Shown: one piece after another, positions 29,173-38,396 of the stretch | Layout: each line of letters begins with the position of its first letter | How positions within the stretch are numbered: position 1 is the first letter of the stretch | Source: Candidatus Saccharimonadales bacterium | GTDB lineage: Bacteria > Patescibacteriota > Saccharimonadia > Saccharimonadales > DATKHC01 | Assembly: GCA_038317055.1 (NCBI GenBank) | Contig: JBBQBA010000001.1 | Location: 408,153 to 472,152, forward strand | Length of the DNA stretch: 64,000 nucleotides | Direction of reading: 5' to 3' | The notes under the pieces: generated by a model | Told to the model about the DNA's origin: nothing | Database searches by the model: none | Seen by the model: the letters and a program-made list of their open reading frames with translations, nothing else | Program-made: the position numbers and the translations under genes

Positions 29173-29817
29173 CTAAAATTTAATTATTCGATCTCTAGTT
29201 AGAAATAGTCTAACCAAGATCACAATTATATGTAGAAAAATTAACTCACTTACAAATAGAATTAGTATTAACTCCAGATTATGGATTTTTAAGTCAGATG
29301 AAATGTGGAATTTTTTCCACAGGTCAAATATAAAAGGGGTAGCTTTAAAGAGATAAAGTATTAAAGCAATAAGTACGACGGTGTGGAAAACTATTTTTTC
29401 AATGAACTCCCTTATTGGTGAATTTTTATTTTCATTCTTTGGCCATATGTATTGTCGTAAACTGAAATCTTCTGCAAGTTCTGTAGCGTTTTTAATTATT
29501 CTGTTGGCTATGACATAAACTCCAAATGCAATAACAACCCAAAAAACATATATAGCGATGTCATTTACTATCTGAGAGTTTATGGCTTTGGTAAAATCAC
29601 TAAATAAATTATGAACAGTTGTACCTTGAAAATCGTTTACATTGAAACCAGAAAGCGCAGTTTTATATTGAGACGGCTGACTTATTACTAATGTCAAAAC
29701 AAAAATCAGTACATAAATGCTTATACCCAATGCGGATGGTAATAACAGAAAAGTAAGAATATGAGTACGACTAGTTTTTTGTGTACTGCTATATATAGCT
29801 TTATTTTGATTTTCCAT
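29173..29817 (-). CDS. Membrane protein (hypothetical)
   Basis: 214 aa, 4-5 hydrophobic segments, no motif. Confidence 0.4.
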   Translation of the reverse strand: MENQNKAIYSSTQKTSRTHILTFLLLPSALGISIYVLIFVLTLVISQPSQYKTALSGFNVNDFQGTTVHNLFSDFTKAINSQIVNDIAIYVFWVVIAFGVYVIANRIIKNATELAEDFSLRQYIWPKNENKNSPIREFIEKIVFHTVVLIALILYLFKATPFIFDLWKKFHISSDLKIHNLELILILFVSELIFLHIIVILVRLFLTRDRIIKF

Positions 29818-29962
29818 AGTTATTCATTAAGTTAAGCATATTCGGAAACTAAAATGAACTTCTTGGATTGTTTAATCGTTAAGCACTTTAGTTACTTTTT
29901 CATATCAAATTGAATTTTAAGCTTGCTTATAAGGTTAATGCTTATGATATAATCGGGACAAT

Positions 29963-31003
29963 ATGGGTCTACTGAGTGGGATATCTGAATTTTTTGGTCT
30001 CGACATCGGTGCCTCGGCCATTAGATTAGTTGAACTAAGGGGTCATGGTTCCGTTAAGACATTAGTTAGGTATGCTTACACACCTATCGATAGTAAGCTT
30101 ACTCAATCTGACGCTAAAGGAGACCAGCAAAAGGTAATGGAAATTGTTAAATCATTGATTTCAGAAGCTAAACTAACTACAAATAATGTTGCTGTAGGAA
30201 TACCTTCCAAAAAAGTTTTTACAACCGTAGTTGATGTAGATAAATTAACTCCGGCTGAACTTGCTAAAAGCATTCGATTCCAAGCGGATTCTTTAATTCC
30301 AACACCGCTAGCTTCATCTAAAATTGATTGGGCAGTTATTGGTGATTCACCTAAAGAAGCAAATAAACAAGAACTGCTTTTAACTAGTGTGCCAAATGAA
30401 TTTATTGAAACTCGACTAGACTTACTAGAGTCAATTGGACTAAATGTAGTTGCGTTTGAACCAGATAATTTAGCTATGGCAAGAGCACTATCCGCACCTG
30501 CTACTGCATTACCTGAAATGATTCTTAATATTGGGACTATAAGTACAGACATTGTTATTACAATGAATGATTCAGCTAGATTAACTCGATCTATTCCAAC
30601 TGGTGTTGAAGCAATTATTAGATCAGCACTCCAAAACTTGAACATTGAACAGAAACAAGCTGAAGAAATTGTATTTAAATTTGGGTTAGATAAAACCAAG
30701 CTTGAAGGACAAGTATATGATGCAATCCTAAGTACTATAGAAATATTAGTAACTGAAGTAGATAAGTCGATTAAGTTTTTCCAGGGCAGGTATCCACAGT
30801 CAAAGTTAGATCGAATCATAATGACGGGCGCTGCATCGATATTGCCAGAATTCCCACTTTATATTGCGAACAAATTTGGCATTAATGTTGAAATTGGTAA
30901 CTCTTGGCGTAATATTTCCTTCGCTGCGAATAAAGAAAATGAATTATTAGCTGTATCAAATTATTTTGGTGTATCAGCTGGACTTGCGGAGCGAACTGAA
31001 TGA
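29963..31003 (+). CDS. pilM: Type IV pilus assembly protein PilM (actin-like ATPase fold)
   Basis: 346 aa. FGLDIGASAIRLVEL N-terminus and the second phosphate motif region are PilM-typical. First gene of the pil array. Confidence 0.85.
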   Translation: MGLLSGISEFFGLDIGASAIRLVELRGHGSVKTLVRYAYTPIDSKLTQSDAKGDQQKVMEIVKSLISEAKLTTNNVAVGIPSKKVFTTVVDVDKLTPAELAKSIRFQADSLIPTPLASSKIDWAVIGDSPKEANKQELLLTSVPNEFIETRLDLLESIGLNVVAFEPDNLAMARALSAPATALPEMILNIGTISTDIVITMNDSARLTRSIPTGVEAIIRSALQNLNIEQKQAEEIVFKFGLDKTKLEGQVYDAILSTIEILVTEVDKSIKFFQGRYPQSKLDRIIMTGAASILPEFPLYIANKFGINVEIGNSWRNISFAANKENELLAVSNYFGVSAGLAERTE

Positions 31004-31692
31004 TCCAATTTAACCTACTACCAGATGTAAAGCTTGATTTTGTTAAGACAAAACGATTAAAACACACCATAACAATCGTTGCATCTCTCGTAGCTGGTGT
31101 TTCTCTAGTTATATTTGTTTTGCTATTTCTATCAGTTAATGTTGTTCAAAAGGCTAGAATCAACAATCTAAACAGTCAGATTACATCATTAACTTCCGAT
31201 CTTAAGAAGACACCCGATCTAAACACGGTATTGGAAGTACAAGATGCTGTAAATGCACTACCTACTCTTAATTCAACCAAGCCAGTAACCACAAGACTTT
31301 CAAGTTATATTTCGCAAATTACTCCAGTTAAGGCGTCTATCAGCCATCTAAACGTCAGTTTTGTTACAAACACAATTATTATTACAGGTAAAGCAGATTC
31401 TCTGGCAACCGTGAATCAATATGTAGATACTATAAAGCAAACTGCTTATACGACTTCAGATAAATCACCATCTAAGAATGTGTTCTCAGCTGCAGTATTA
31501 ACAACTTTCTCATATACTTCTGCTACCAAAGCTGATTATACAATTACTGCTACTTTTGACCCAGCAATATTTGCACAGGCAAATGATAACATTAAATTTA
31601 TCGTTCCTTTGACAACTACTACTCATACTACTGCAACAACTAACTCAGCTTTATTCCAGGCAGCACCAACTAATGTAACGAAAACAAACTAA
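31000..31692 (+). CDS. pilN: PilN-like bitopic pilus alignment protein
   Basis: N-terminal IQFNLLP motif (PilN INLLP), a single TM, ATGA overlap with pilM, and a T-rich C-terminus. Confidence 0.6.
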   Translation: MIQFNLLPDVKLDFVKTKRLKHTITIVASLVAGVSLVIFVLLFLSVNVVQKARINNLNSQITSLTSDLKKTPDLNTVLEVQDAVNALPTLNSTKPVTTRLSSYISQITPVKASISHLNVSFVTNTIIITGKADSLATVNQYVDTIKQTAYTTSDKSPSKNVFSAAVLTTFSYTSATKADYTITATFDPAIFAQANDNIKFIVPLTTTTHTTATTNSALFQAAPTNVTKTN

Positions 31693-31701
31693 AGGACTAA
31701 A

Positions 31702-32460
31702 ATGTCAGACGGAAAAGTAATATCAACTAAGCAACTAAAAATAGATAAAGCTAACACTACAATCGTAGTTGTTTTATCTGTTGCGTCTTTTGTTTTGGTA
31801 TTCTCTTTATTCGGAAGTAAAGCACTCATTAGTCAGTACTCATATCAAAGTCGTGTAACTTCTGCACAATCAGCCACAGTGGATCAATTAAAGACAAATA
31901 AACAAGCCGCCACCAAGCTTATAGCTTCGTATAGTGCATTCAATGTACAAAACCCAAATATTATTGGAGGAAGTATAGCTCCTAGTGCTTCAAATAAGGA
32001 CGGCCCGAATAGTAAAATTATATTGGACGCACTTCCAAATACTTATGATTTTCCTGCACTAGCAACAAGTATTCAGGGATTAATAAGCGTACCTTCCATA
32101 GCCGTAAACAGTATTACTGGAACTGATACAGGATCCACATCTTCCACTAGTGCAACTAGTGCCACCCCACCAGCAACTACTCCTACTACTTCAAGCGCAT
32201 CTCCAGCTACCACGACTACATCGACCACTAGCTCTACTCAGAAAAACGCACCAGTACCGATTCCGTTCTCTTTTACAGTAGAAGGGTCATATGTAGCGAC
32301 TACTACTGTACTCACGAATATTCAGAATTCAATAAGACCAATCCAAATACAGAGTATTGATATAACCGGAAGTGATACTGATTCCATAATGACAGTCACT
32401 GCTCAGACTTATTATCTTCCATCAGTTGGTCTTAATCTCTCAACGGAGACAATAAAATGA
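31702..32460 (+). CDS. PilO-like bitopic protein with S/T/P-rich linker
   Basis: Position after pilN, an N-terminal TM and coiled-coil-like segment, then the low-complexity stretch TGSTSSTSATSATPPATTPTTSSASPATTTTSTTSST. Confidence 0.4.
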   Translation: MSDGKVISTKQLKIDKANTTIVVVLSVASFVLVFSLFGSKALISQYSYQSRVTSAQSATVDQLKTNKQAATKLIASYSAFNVQNPNIIGGSIAPSASNKDGPNSKIILDALPNTYDFPALATSIQGLISVPSIAVNSITGTDTGSTSSTSATSATPPATTPTTSSASPATTTTSTTSSTQKNAPVPIPFSFTVEGSYVATTTVLTNIQNSIRPIQIQSIDITGSDTDSIMTVTAQTYYLPSVGLNLSTETIK

Positions 32461-32708
32461 AACAAAAAGACTTCGCAATAATTGCTGCAGTAGTAATATT
32501 TAGTGGAATAGTATCGGTGGAAGCATCTAAGTATATTTTTGCGAAACCAGCCAATCGTCAACAACAAGTAGTAACTGTAGGGGCGATAACTACCAAGTTT
32601 ACTCAACCTAGCGCTATTTACTTTAATAATGGATCGATTGACCCCGCCAAGACAATTCTTGTTAACCTAAATGCCAATACGACTCCATTTGGAACATCGA
32701 GTAATTAA
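32457..32708 (+). CDS. Small N-terminally anchored protein in the pil array (function unknown)
   Basis: 83 aa, one TM (FAIIAAVVIFSGIVSV), ATGA overlap with the preceding gene. Confidence 0.35.
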   Translation: MKQKDFAIIAAVVIFSGIVSVEASKYIFAKPANRQQQVVTVGAITTKFTQPSAIYFNNGSIDPAKTILVNLNANTTPFGTSSN

Positions 32709-32711
32709 TAT

Positions 32712-34520
32712 ATGAGCTTATTGTCTACTGACTCTCAACAACTAGTTGAAGAAGCTTTAATTAAAGATGGTTACTTAGATAACGCAGCTATTACTGATCT
32801 CAAAGCTAAAGCGGCTAAAGATAACGTTCCATTTTTGTCATACATAGTAACAGACGGCGGTGTGTCTCAAGAGGTTTTAACTAAAATTTCTGCACACATA
32901 AATCATCTTCCATACGTTAATCTTAGTAATTCGTTAATTGATCCAAAAGTACTTGAATTACTTCCACAAGAAACAGCTGAACAATACATGGCTGTACCTC
33001 TAGGTGAAATGCAACATAGTTTAGTAGTAGCAATGCTAGATGCAGCTAATGTTCAAGCGGTTGACTTTTTGGCTAACAAAATTGGTAGACCACTAAAAGT
33101 TTATGCAGCAAGTGAGGAGGGAATAAAAAGAATACTTAAACAGTACTCTGGTGTATTGGATAGAGATATTGCCAGCTCTTTACAGACTGACGTATCGAAA
33201 CTTTTGAATGGAGAATCAGCGGATGGAGTAGCAGGCACTGTCGCTAATGATTCAAAACAAAGAGTAAAAACAATTGTCCAGGACTCACCAATTTCTAAAA
33301 CTTTATCAACGATTTTGGATTACGCTGCAAAAAACCGTGCAAGTGATGTTCACATTGAGCCATTGGAAGATCGGTTAAAGATTCGTTGCCGTATTGACGG
33401 AATTCTTAGAGAGATTATGGTACTTCCTAAAAATACCGAGTCGGCGCTCGTATCTCGTATTAAAATTTTATCTAGTCTAAAGATTGATGAACACAGAATT
33501 CCACAGGACGGTCAGTTTACAATAAAAGTAAGTGAAAAAGAGATTGATCTTCGAATTGCTATTGCTCCTGTTGTTTGGGGTGAACAAGTAGTTATTCGAT
33601 TACTAGATAAAAGTGGGACTAGCCTTAAATTAGAGGATATGGGTTATTCCGGTAGAGCACTTAGAACAATAAGAAAGGCTTTAAAACAACCCAACGGAAT
33701 GATTCTAACCAGTGGACCCACCGGTTCAGGTAAGTCCACGTCTTTATACGCACTTATCCAAGAGATCAAAGACGATTCAATTAACATCGTTACTTTAGAA
33801 GATCCTGTTGAATATAAAATGGATGGAATTAACCAGATTCAAGTTAACTCAGAGGTTGGATTAACTTTTGCGACTGGCTTAAGATCAATCCTTCGTCAAG
33901 ATCCAGATGTTGTAATGGTAGGTGAGATTCGAGATGCAGAAACTGCTCAACTTGCTGTTCAGGCTGCACTTACTGGTCACCTTGTATTCTCAACCCTTCA
34001 CACTAACTCTGCTTCAGGTATATTGCCACGTCTTCTAGATATGGGGATTGAGCCATTTCTTATAGCGAGTACGGTTCACACAGTAATTGGCCAAAGACTT
34101 GTTAGAAGGATAGGCGATAAAAATGAGCAGTATCAATCTGATAAACCAGAGACTGAAGCAGTTCATAAAACATTAGGCAATCTGCTACCAGCTTCTGAAG
34201 CCGAAGTCCAAAAAGTATCTGAAGACTTGGGTTATGACCGCTTGCCTTTGCGTAACCAAAACGATTATACTTTAAGTAGGGGAATCAACAGCGGAACCAC
34301 ACCCGGTGGCTATAAGGGAAGAATCGGACTATACGAAGTTTTTGAAGTCACAGAAGAGGTTCAGGACCTTATTTTAAAACGAGCTAGTAGTGAAGCAATT
34401 CAAAACGTAGTTCGTAAAGCTGGAACAGTGGTTATGCGTGAAGATGGTTATCTGAAGGCATTAGCTGGAAAAACAACATTAAATGAAGTTGATAGGGTAG
34501 CAGCAACCGATGCTGCGTAG
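32712..34520 (+). CDS. pilB: Type IV pilus extension ATPase PilB (GspE family)
   Basis: 602 aa. GspE N-terminal domain, Walker A GPTGSGKST, Asp box, Walker B VVMVGEIRD and His box TGHLVFSTLHTN. It lacks the usual CxxC...CxxC zinc motif. Confidence 0.9.
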   Translation: MSLLSTDSQQLVEEALIKDGYLDNAAITDLKAKAAKDNVPFLSYIVTDGGVSQEVLTKISAHINHLPYVNLSNSLIDPKVLELLPQETAEQYMAVPLGEMQHSLVVAMLDAANVQAVDFLANKIGRPLKVYAASEEGIKRILKQYSGVLDRDIASSLQTDVSKLLNGESADGVAGTVANDSKQRVKTIVQDSPISKTLSTILDYAAKNRASDVHIEPLEDRLKIRCRIDGILREIMVLPKNTESALVSRIKILSSLKIDEHRIPQDGQFTIKVSEKEIDLRIAIAPVVWGEQVVIRLLDKSGTSLKLEDMGYSGRALRTIRKALKQPNGMILTSGPTGSGKSTSLYALIQEIKDDSINIVTLEDPVEYKMDGINQIQVNSEVGLTFATGLRSILRQDPDVVMVGEIRDAETAQLAVQAALTGHLVFSTLHTNSASGILPRLLDMGIEPFLIASTVHTVIGQRLVRRIGDKNEQYQSDKPETEAVHKTLGNLLPASEAEVQKVSEDLGYDRLPLRNQNDYTLSRGINSGTTPGGYKGRIGLYEVFEVTEEVQDLILKRASSEAIQNVVRKAGTVVMREDGYLKALAGKTTLNEVDRVAATDAA

Positions 34521-34529
34521 GGAAAAAAT

Positions 34530-35597
34530 ATGCAACCAAATCTAAAAATTGAAATCCTATTAGAAGAAGTAATTAAAAAGAAAGCATCAGATCTTCATTT
34601 ACAAGTTGGACTTCCACCTGTAGTTAGAGTTGATGGTACCTTAGTTCACTTAGTTGAACATGGAGTTTTGACAGAAGAGAATATAGAAGCTTTAGTTTTT
34701 TCTATAATGGACGAAGATCAAAAGAAGATATTAATAAAAGACAAAGAATTTGATTTTAGTTTCGCCTTTGGTGATATTGCTCGGTTTCGTGTTAATGCCT
34801 TTCATGAGCGAAGTAATATAGCAGTCGCATTGCGACTAATCCCGTCCGAAATATTGTCGATAGAACAACTTGGCTTGCCAGCAATTGTTAATAAATTTGC
34901 GGATTATCCAAGAGGTTTAGTTTTGGTTACAGGCCCTACTGGTTCTGGTAAGTCTACTACGTTAGCTTCTATCATAAATAAGATTAACCACGAGAGACCA
35001 TCTCACATTATTACAATCGAAGATCCTATTGAATATACACACAAATCGATTCAAGCACTGATTGCCCAAAGGGAAGTCCACTATGATACTTATTCATTTG
35101 GTGTAGCACTCCGTTCGGCTCTTCGTGAAGATCCAGATGTAGTATTAATTGGAGAAATGCGGGACCTCGAAACTATTGCCGCAGCAATAACGATAGCTGA
35201 AACAGGACATCTAGTGTTTGCAACACTTCACACTAACTCTGCATCTCAAACTGTTGATCGTATGGTAGATGTTTTTCCACCGCACCAACAACCACAAATT
35301 AGAACTGAGCTATCAAACATATTAATGGCGATTTGTTCTCAGAGACTTATCCCAACAATTGGGGGCGGTAGGATAGCAGCAGCTGAAATTCTAGTAGCAA
35401 CTTCGGCAGTTAGAAACATTATTCGAGAAGGAAAAAGCCATCAATTAGAGGCGGTCATACAAACTGGTGCTCAGTATGGAATGCAGGGTATGGATAAGAC
35501 ACTGTCATTGCTCGTTCATCAAGGAACAATTAGTTATGATGAAGCCTGTAATTACGTAGTTGATTTAACGGAATTTAATAGGTTGGTTCGAGATTAG
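34530..35597 (+). CDS. pilT: Twitching-motility retraction ATPase PilT
   Basis: 355 aa. ASDLHLQVGLPP, GPTGSGKSTTLAS, VVLIGEMRDLET and GHLVFATLHTNSA are PilT size and motifs. Confidence 0.9.
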   Translation: MQPNLKIEILLEEVIKKKASDLHLQVGLPPVVRVDGTLVHLVEHGVLTEENIEALVFSIMDEDQKKILIKDKEFDFSFAFGDIARFRVNAFHERSNIAVALRLIPSEILSIEQLGLPAIVNKFADYPRGLVLVTGPTGSGKSTTLASIINKINHERPSHIITIEDPIEYTHKSIQALIAQREVHYDTYSFGVALRSALREDPDVVLIGEMRDLETIAAAITIAETGHLVFATLHTNSASQTVDRMVDVFPPHQQPQIRTELSNILMAICSQRLIPTIGGGRIAAAEILVATSAVRNIIREGKSHQLEAVIQTGAQYGMQGMDKTLSLLVHQGTISYDEACNYVVDLTEFNRLVRD

Positions 35598-35599
35598 CA

Positions 35600-36823
35600 A
35601 TGATTACTTACAATTATGTAGCAAACAATTCTAAAACTGGACAAAGAGTTAAGGCCCAGGTAGAAGCCGAAAGTGAAAGTGCAGCAGCATCGCTAATTCG
35701 AAAACAGGGACTAACTCCAATAGACATAAAGTCTATTAATTCTGGAAACAGTTTTACTAACTATTTTCATAAAGTAAGAACTAAAGACAAGATACTGTTT
35801 TCTCGGCAATTGGCTACCCTAATTAATGCTGGTCTTCCACTAGTTCAGGCTCTTAGAAGTACTGCTGATCAAGCTCAAAGTAAATCACTAAAAGTGGTTG
35901 TTAATAGCCTGGTCAATAGTATTGAAGCTGGAAACTCTCTGGCCGCTGCCATGGCTGTTTACCCGCAAGTGTTTAATAATATCTTCGTGAGTTTAGTAGC
36001 CGCAGGTGAAGCTTCAGGTACGCTTGATAAAGCATTAGAACGACTAGCTAATCAACAAGAAAAAGATGCCGATATAGTTAGTAAAGTAAGAAGTGCTTTT
36101 GCGTACCCAGTAATTGTATTATTTGTGATGATACTTGTAGTTGGATTCATGATGATTAAAGTACTACCAACGGTTAGCAATCTATATGATAGTTTACCTG
36201 GGGCAAAATTACCGCTACTAACCCAGGTGCTCTTAGATGTATCTAACTTCGCAGTTAAAGAATGGTGGATTGTTGCGATATTATTTGGAGTTATGATTGT
36301 GCTAACAACAAGACTTTCCAGAACTATAGGCGGAAGAAGATTTATAGATAGAGCAAAAATGGTTATGTGGCCAGTTGGTCCTCTGTTTATGAAGATATAC
36401 ATGGCAAGATTTGCCAGGACCGGCACTACACTTATTGGAAGCGGGGTGCCGCTAATTCAAGTTCTAGAGATTACAGCGGGTGCAATTAATAATGTTCACT
36501 TGGCCGACTCGCTTAAAGCTGCAATTGAGAAAATAAAGGGTGGTAAGTCACTGTCTGAAGCTATAGAAAAAGATAAAAATTTCCTTCCACTCGTACCGAA
36601 CATGATTAGAATTGGCGAACAGTCTGGAACGATTGAGCAGATGATGGAACGGGTGGCAATATACTATGAAAAAGAAGTTGATACTGAAATTGAAACCGTT
36701 TCTACACTTATGGAACCGGTTCTAATGATAATAATGGGAGTTATGGCACTACTTATAGTGGCTGCCGTTCTACTACCTATTTATGGACTTGCAAACAATT
36801 CTGCGCTTACTAATTCTTTCTAA
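35600..36823 (+). CDS. pilC: Type IV pilus platform protein PilC (GspF family)
   Basis: 407 aa. Two GspF repeats (FSRQLATLINAGLPLVQAL / FARTGTTLIGSGVPLIQVL) and 3 TM segments. Confidence 0.9.
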   Translation: MITYNYVANNSKTGQRVKAQVEAESESAAASLIRKQGLTPIDIKSINSGNSFTNYFHKVRTKDKILFSRQLATLINAGLPLVQALRSTADQAQSKSLKVVVNSLVNSIEAGNSLAAAMAVYPQVFNNIFVSLVAAGEASGTLDKALERLANQQEKDADIVSKVRSAFAYPVIVLFVMILVVGFMMIKVLPTVSNLYDSLPGAKLPLLTQVLLDVSNFAVKEWWIVAILFGVMIVLTTRLSRTIGGRRFIDRAKMVMWPVGPLFMKIYMARFARTGTTLIGSGVPLIQVLEITAGAINNVHLADSLKAAIEKIKGGKSLSEAIEKDKNFLPLVPNMIRIGEQSGTIEQMMERVAIYYEKEVDTEIETVSTLMEPVLMIIMGVMALLIVAAVLLPIYGLANNSALTNSF

Positions 36824-36912
36824 AGGATAAGCCACTATTGCTTTTTTTTGATAGTGCATGTAACATCTTAAACATAACCATAATTAACAAATGCAAAGGG
36901 GGCATTTGCAAA

Positions 36913-37446
36913 ATGTATAAAAAGATTAAAAATAATAAGGGATTTACAATCATCGAAGTTATGATTGTGCTTGCTATTGCAGCTTTGATATTGATCATTG
37001 TGCTATTAGCAGTTCCTGCACTACAACGAAACTCTAAGAATACAACCGCTAAGAATGATGCTTCAACCATAGCTAGTGCTATGACAGATTTTGAGGGTCA
37101 AAATGACGGGAGGATTCCAACTGCTCCACCAACAGCATTTACAACACCACCAAACTTGGTTGTAAACTCAAGCGTAGCGGGTTCCACTCCAGTTACACAA
37201 AAACTATCAGGTGGGCTTACATCAGCTAACCTTAGCTTCGTAGCTGCTGCACCAACTACACTAGCCACTGGTAGTATCGCCATAGTTTTTGGCCAAGAAT
37301 GCCCACCATCAGCTAACTTTTCACCAGCTTCAGGTCATGCAGTTATTTCTGCAGTTGGTATTCCAACTAATGCGACTGCTGTTGCAGTAATCTACACAAC
37401 TATACTTTCAGGTGGTACCACAACAGGTGGATGTATCCAGGGCTAG
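36913..37446 (+). CDS. pilA: Major type IV pilin (prepilin)
   Basis: Class III signal MYKKIKNNKG/FTIIEVMIVLAIAAL (G-1, F+1, E+5). SD-like aaaggggg 7-14 nt upstream. A C-terminal Cys pair (QEC...GGC). The listed ORF start at 36838 is an upstream extension. Confidence 0.8.
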   Translation: MYKKIKNNKGFTIIEVMIVLAIAALILIIVLLAVPALQRNSKNTTAKNDASTIASAMTDFEGQNDGRIPTAPPTAFTTPPNLVVNSSVAGSTPVTQKLSGGLTSANLSFVAAAPTTLATGSIAIVFGQECPPSANFSPASGHAVISAVGIPTNATAVAVIYTTILSGGTTTGGCIQG

Positions 37447-37476
37447 TATAAAGTAAAAAACAAATATAAATTAAAC

Positions 37477-37509
37477 AAAACGACCATCCATTATTAGGGT
37501 GGTCGTTTT
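37477..37509 (+). terminator. Rho-independent terminator after pilA
   Basis: aaaacgaccatcc-attatta-gggtggtcgtttt: a 13-nt stem with one mismatch, ending in a T run. Confidence 0.7.
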
Positions 37510-37536
37510 AATATGATTAAGCTAGAATAGTCACAA

Positions 37537-38349
37537 ATGATTATAGTTATTCTTGCAGTACTCGGATTATGCCTCGGAAGTTTTATAAATGCCTACGTCT
37601 GGCGGATCCATAGTCGAACTAAGACGGGTAAGCTTAAGGACTTATCCATTTGGCATGGACGTTCAATGTGCCCGAAATGTCACCACATTCTGGTGGCAAA
37701 AGACTTAATACCGATTGTTAGTTGGCTATTACTAAAGGCCAAGTGCCGATATTGTCGTAAACCCATTAGTATCCAATATCCCGTCGTAGAGCTAGTAACG
37801 AGCCTACTATTTATATTTTCATATATTTATTGGCCGTATTCTTTCAATGCTGAGGGTAAAACACTTTTTGTATTTTGGTTGATCTTTTTATTAGGTTTTA
37901 TGATACTAACAGTCTACGACTTAAGGTGGAGATTACTACCCAATCGGATAGTGACTCCTCTAATATTTTTAATATTAATTCAATTATCAACTCAGCTTAT
38001 ATTTTTTAATGCTGGGTTTAGTTTAATACTCGGTGCATTTTGGGGATTACTTTTCTCGGCTGGATTATTTTACGGAATATTCGTTGTCTCAGATGGAAAG
38101 TGGATAGGTGGTGGAGATGTTAAACTGGCAATAGTTCTGGGACTTCTGCTTGGCGGGCCAATGAAAGCAATACTAATGGTTTTCTTAGCCTCTTTAATCG
38201 GTAGTATCGCCTCAATTATACTTATATCTACTAAGAAGTTGAGGAGAAATAGTATGATTGCTTTTGGTCCACTTATAATTGCTGCAACAGTAATAACATA
38301 TTTATTTGGCTCTAGCATAATTGAATGGTATAAAAACATTATTTTTTGA
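37537..38349 (+). CDS. pilD: Prepilin peptidase / N-methyltransferase (A24 family)
   Basis: 270 aa. N-terminal Cys cluster (CPKC...CRYC), polytopic, and GGGDVKLA catalytic Asp motif. Confidence 0.85.
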   Translation: MIIVILAVLGLCLGSFINAYVWRIHSRTKTGKLKDLSIWHGRSMCPKCHHILVAKDLIPIVSWLLLKAKCRYCRKPISIQYPVVELVTSLLFIFSYIYWPYSFNAEGKTLFVFWLIFLLGFMILTVYDLRWRLLPNRIVTPLIFLILIQLSTQLIFFNAGFSLILGAFWGLLFSAGLFYGIFVVSDGKWIGGGDVKLAIVLGLLLGGPMKAILMVFLASLIGSIASIILISTKKLRRNSMIAFGPLIIAATVITYLFGSSIIEWYKNIIF

Positions 38350-38396
38350 GCTTATTTATTGAGATAAATTCATAATCCTTATGCTATACTTAAGTC

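Noticed and set aside
30103-30819. 238-aa ORF antisense to pilM
   Set aside because: It lies entirely inside the well-supported pilM gene, is a low-complexity S/I/L-rich translation typical of antisense frames in AT-rich DNA, and has no motif. The same reasoning applies to the antisense ORFs at 6347..6790, 36052..36426, 10219..10482, 11053..11772, 47458..47784 and 25619..25930.
36838-36912. Upstream 25 codons of the listed pilin ORF
   Set aside because: A good SD and the class III signal peptide begin at the internal ATG at 36913. The extension would bury the prepilin leader.
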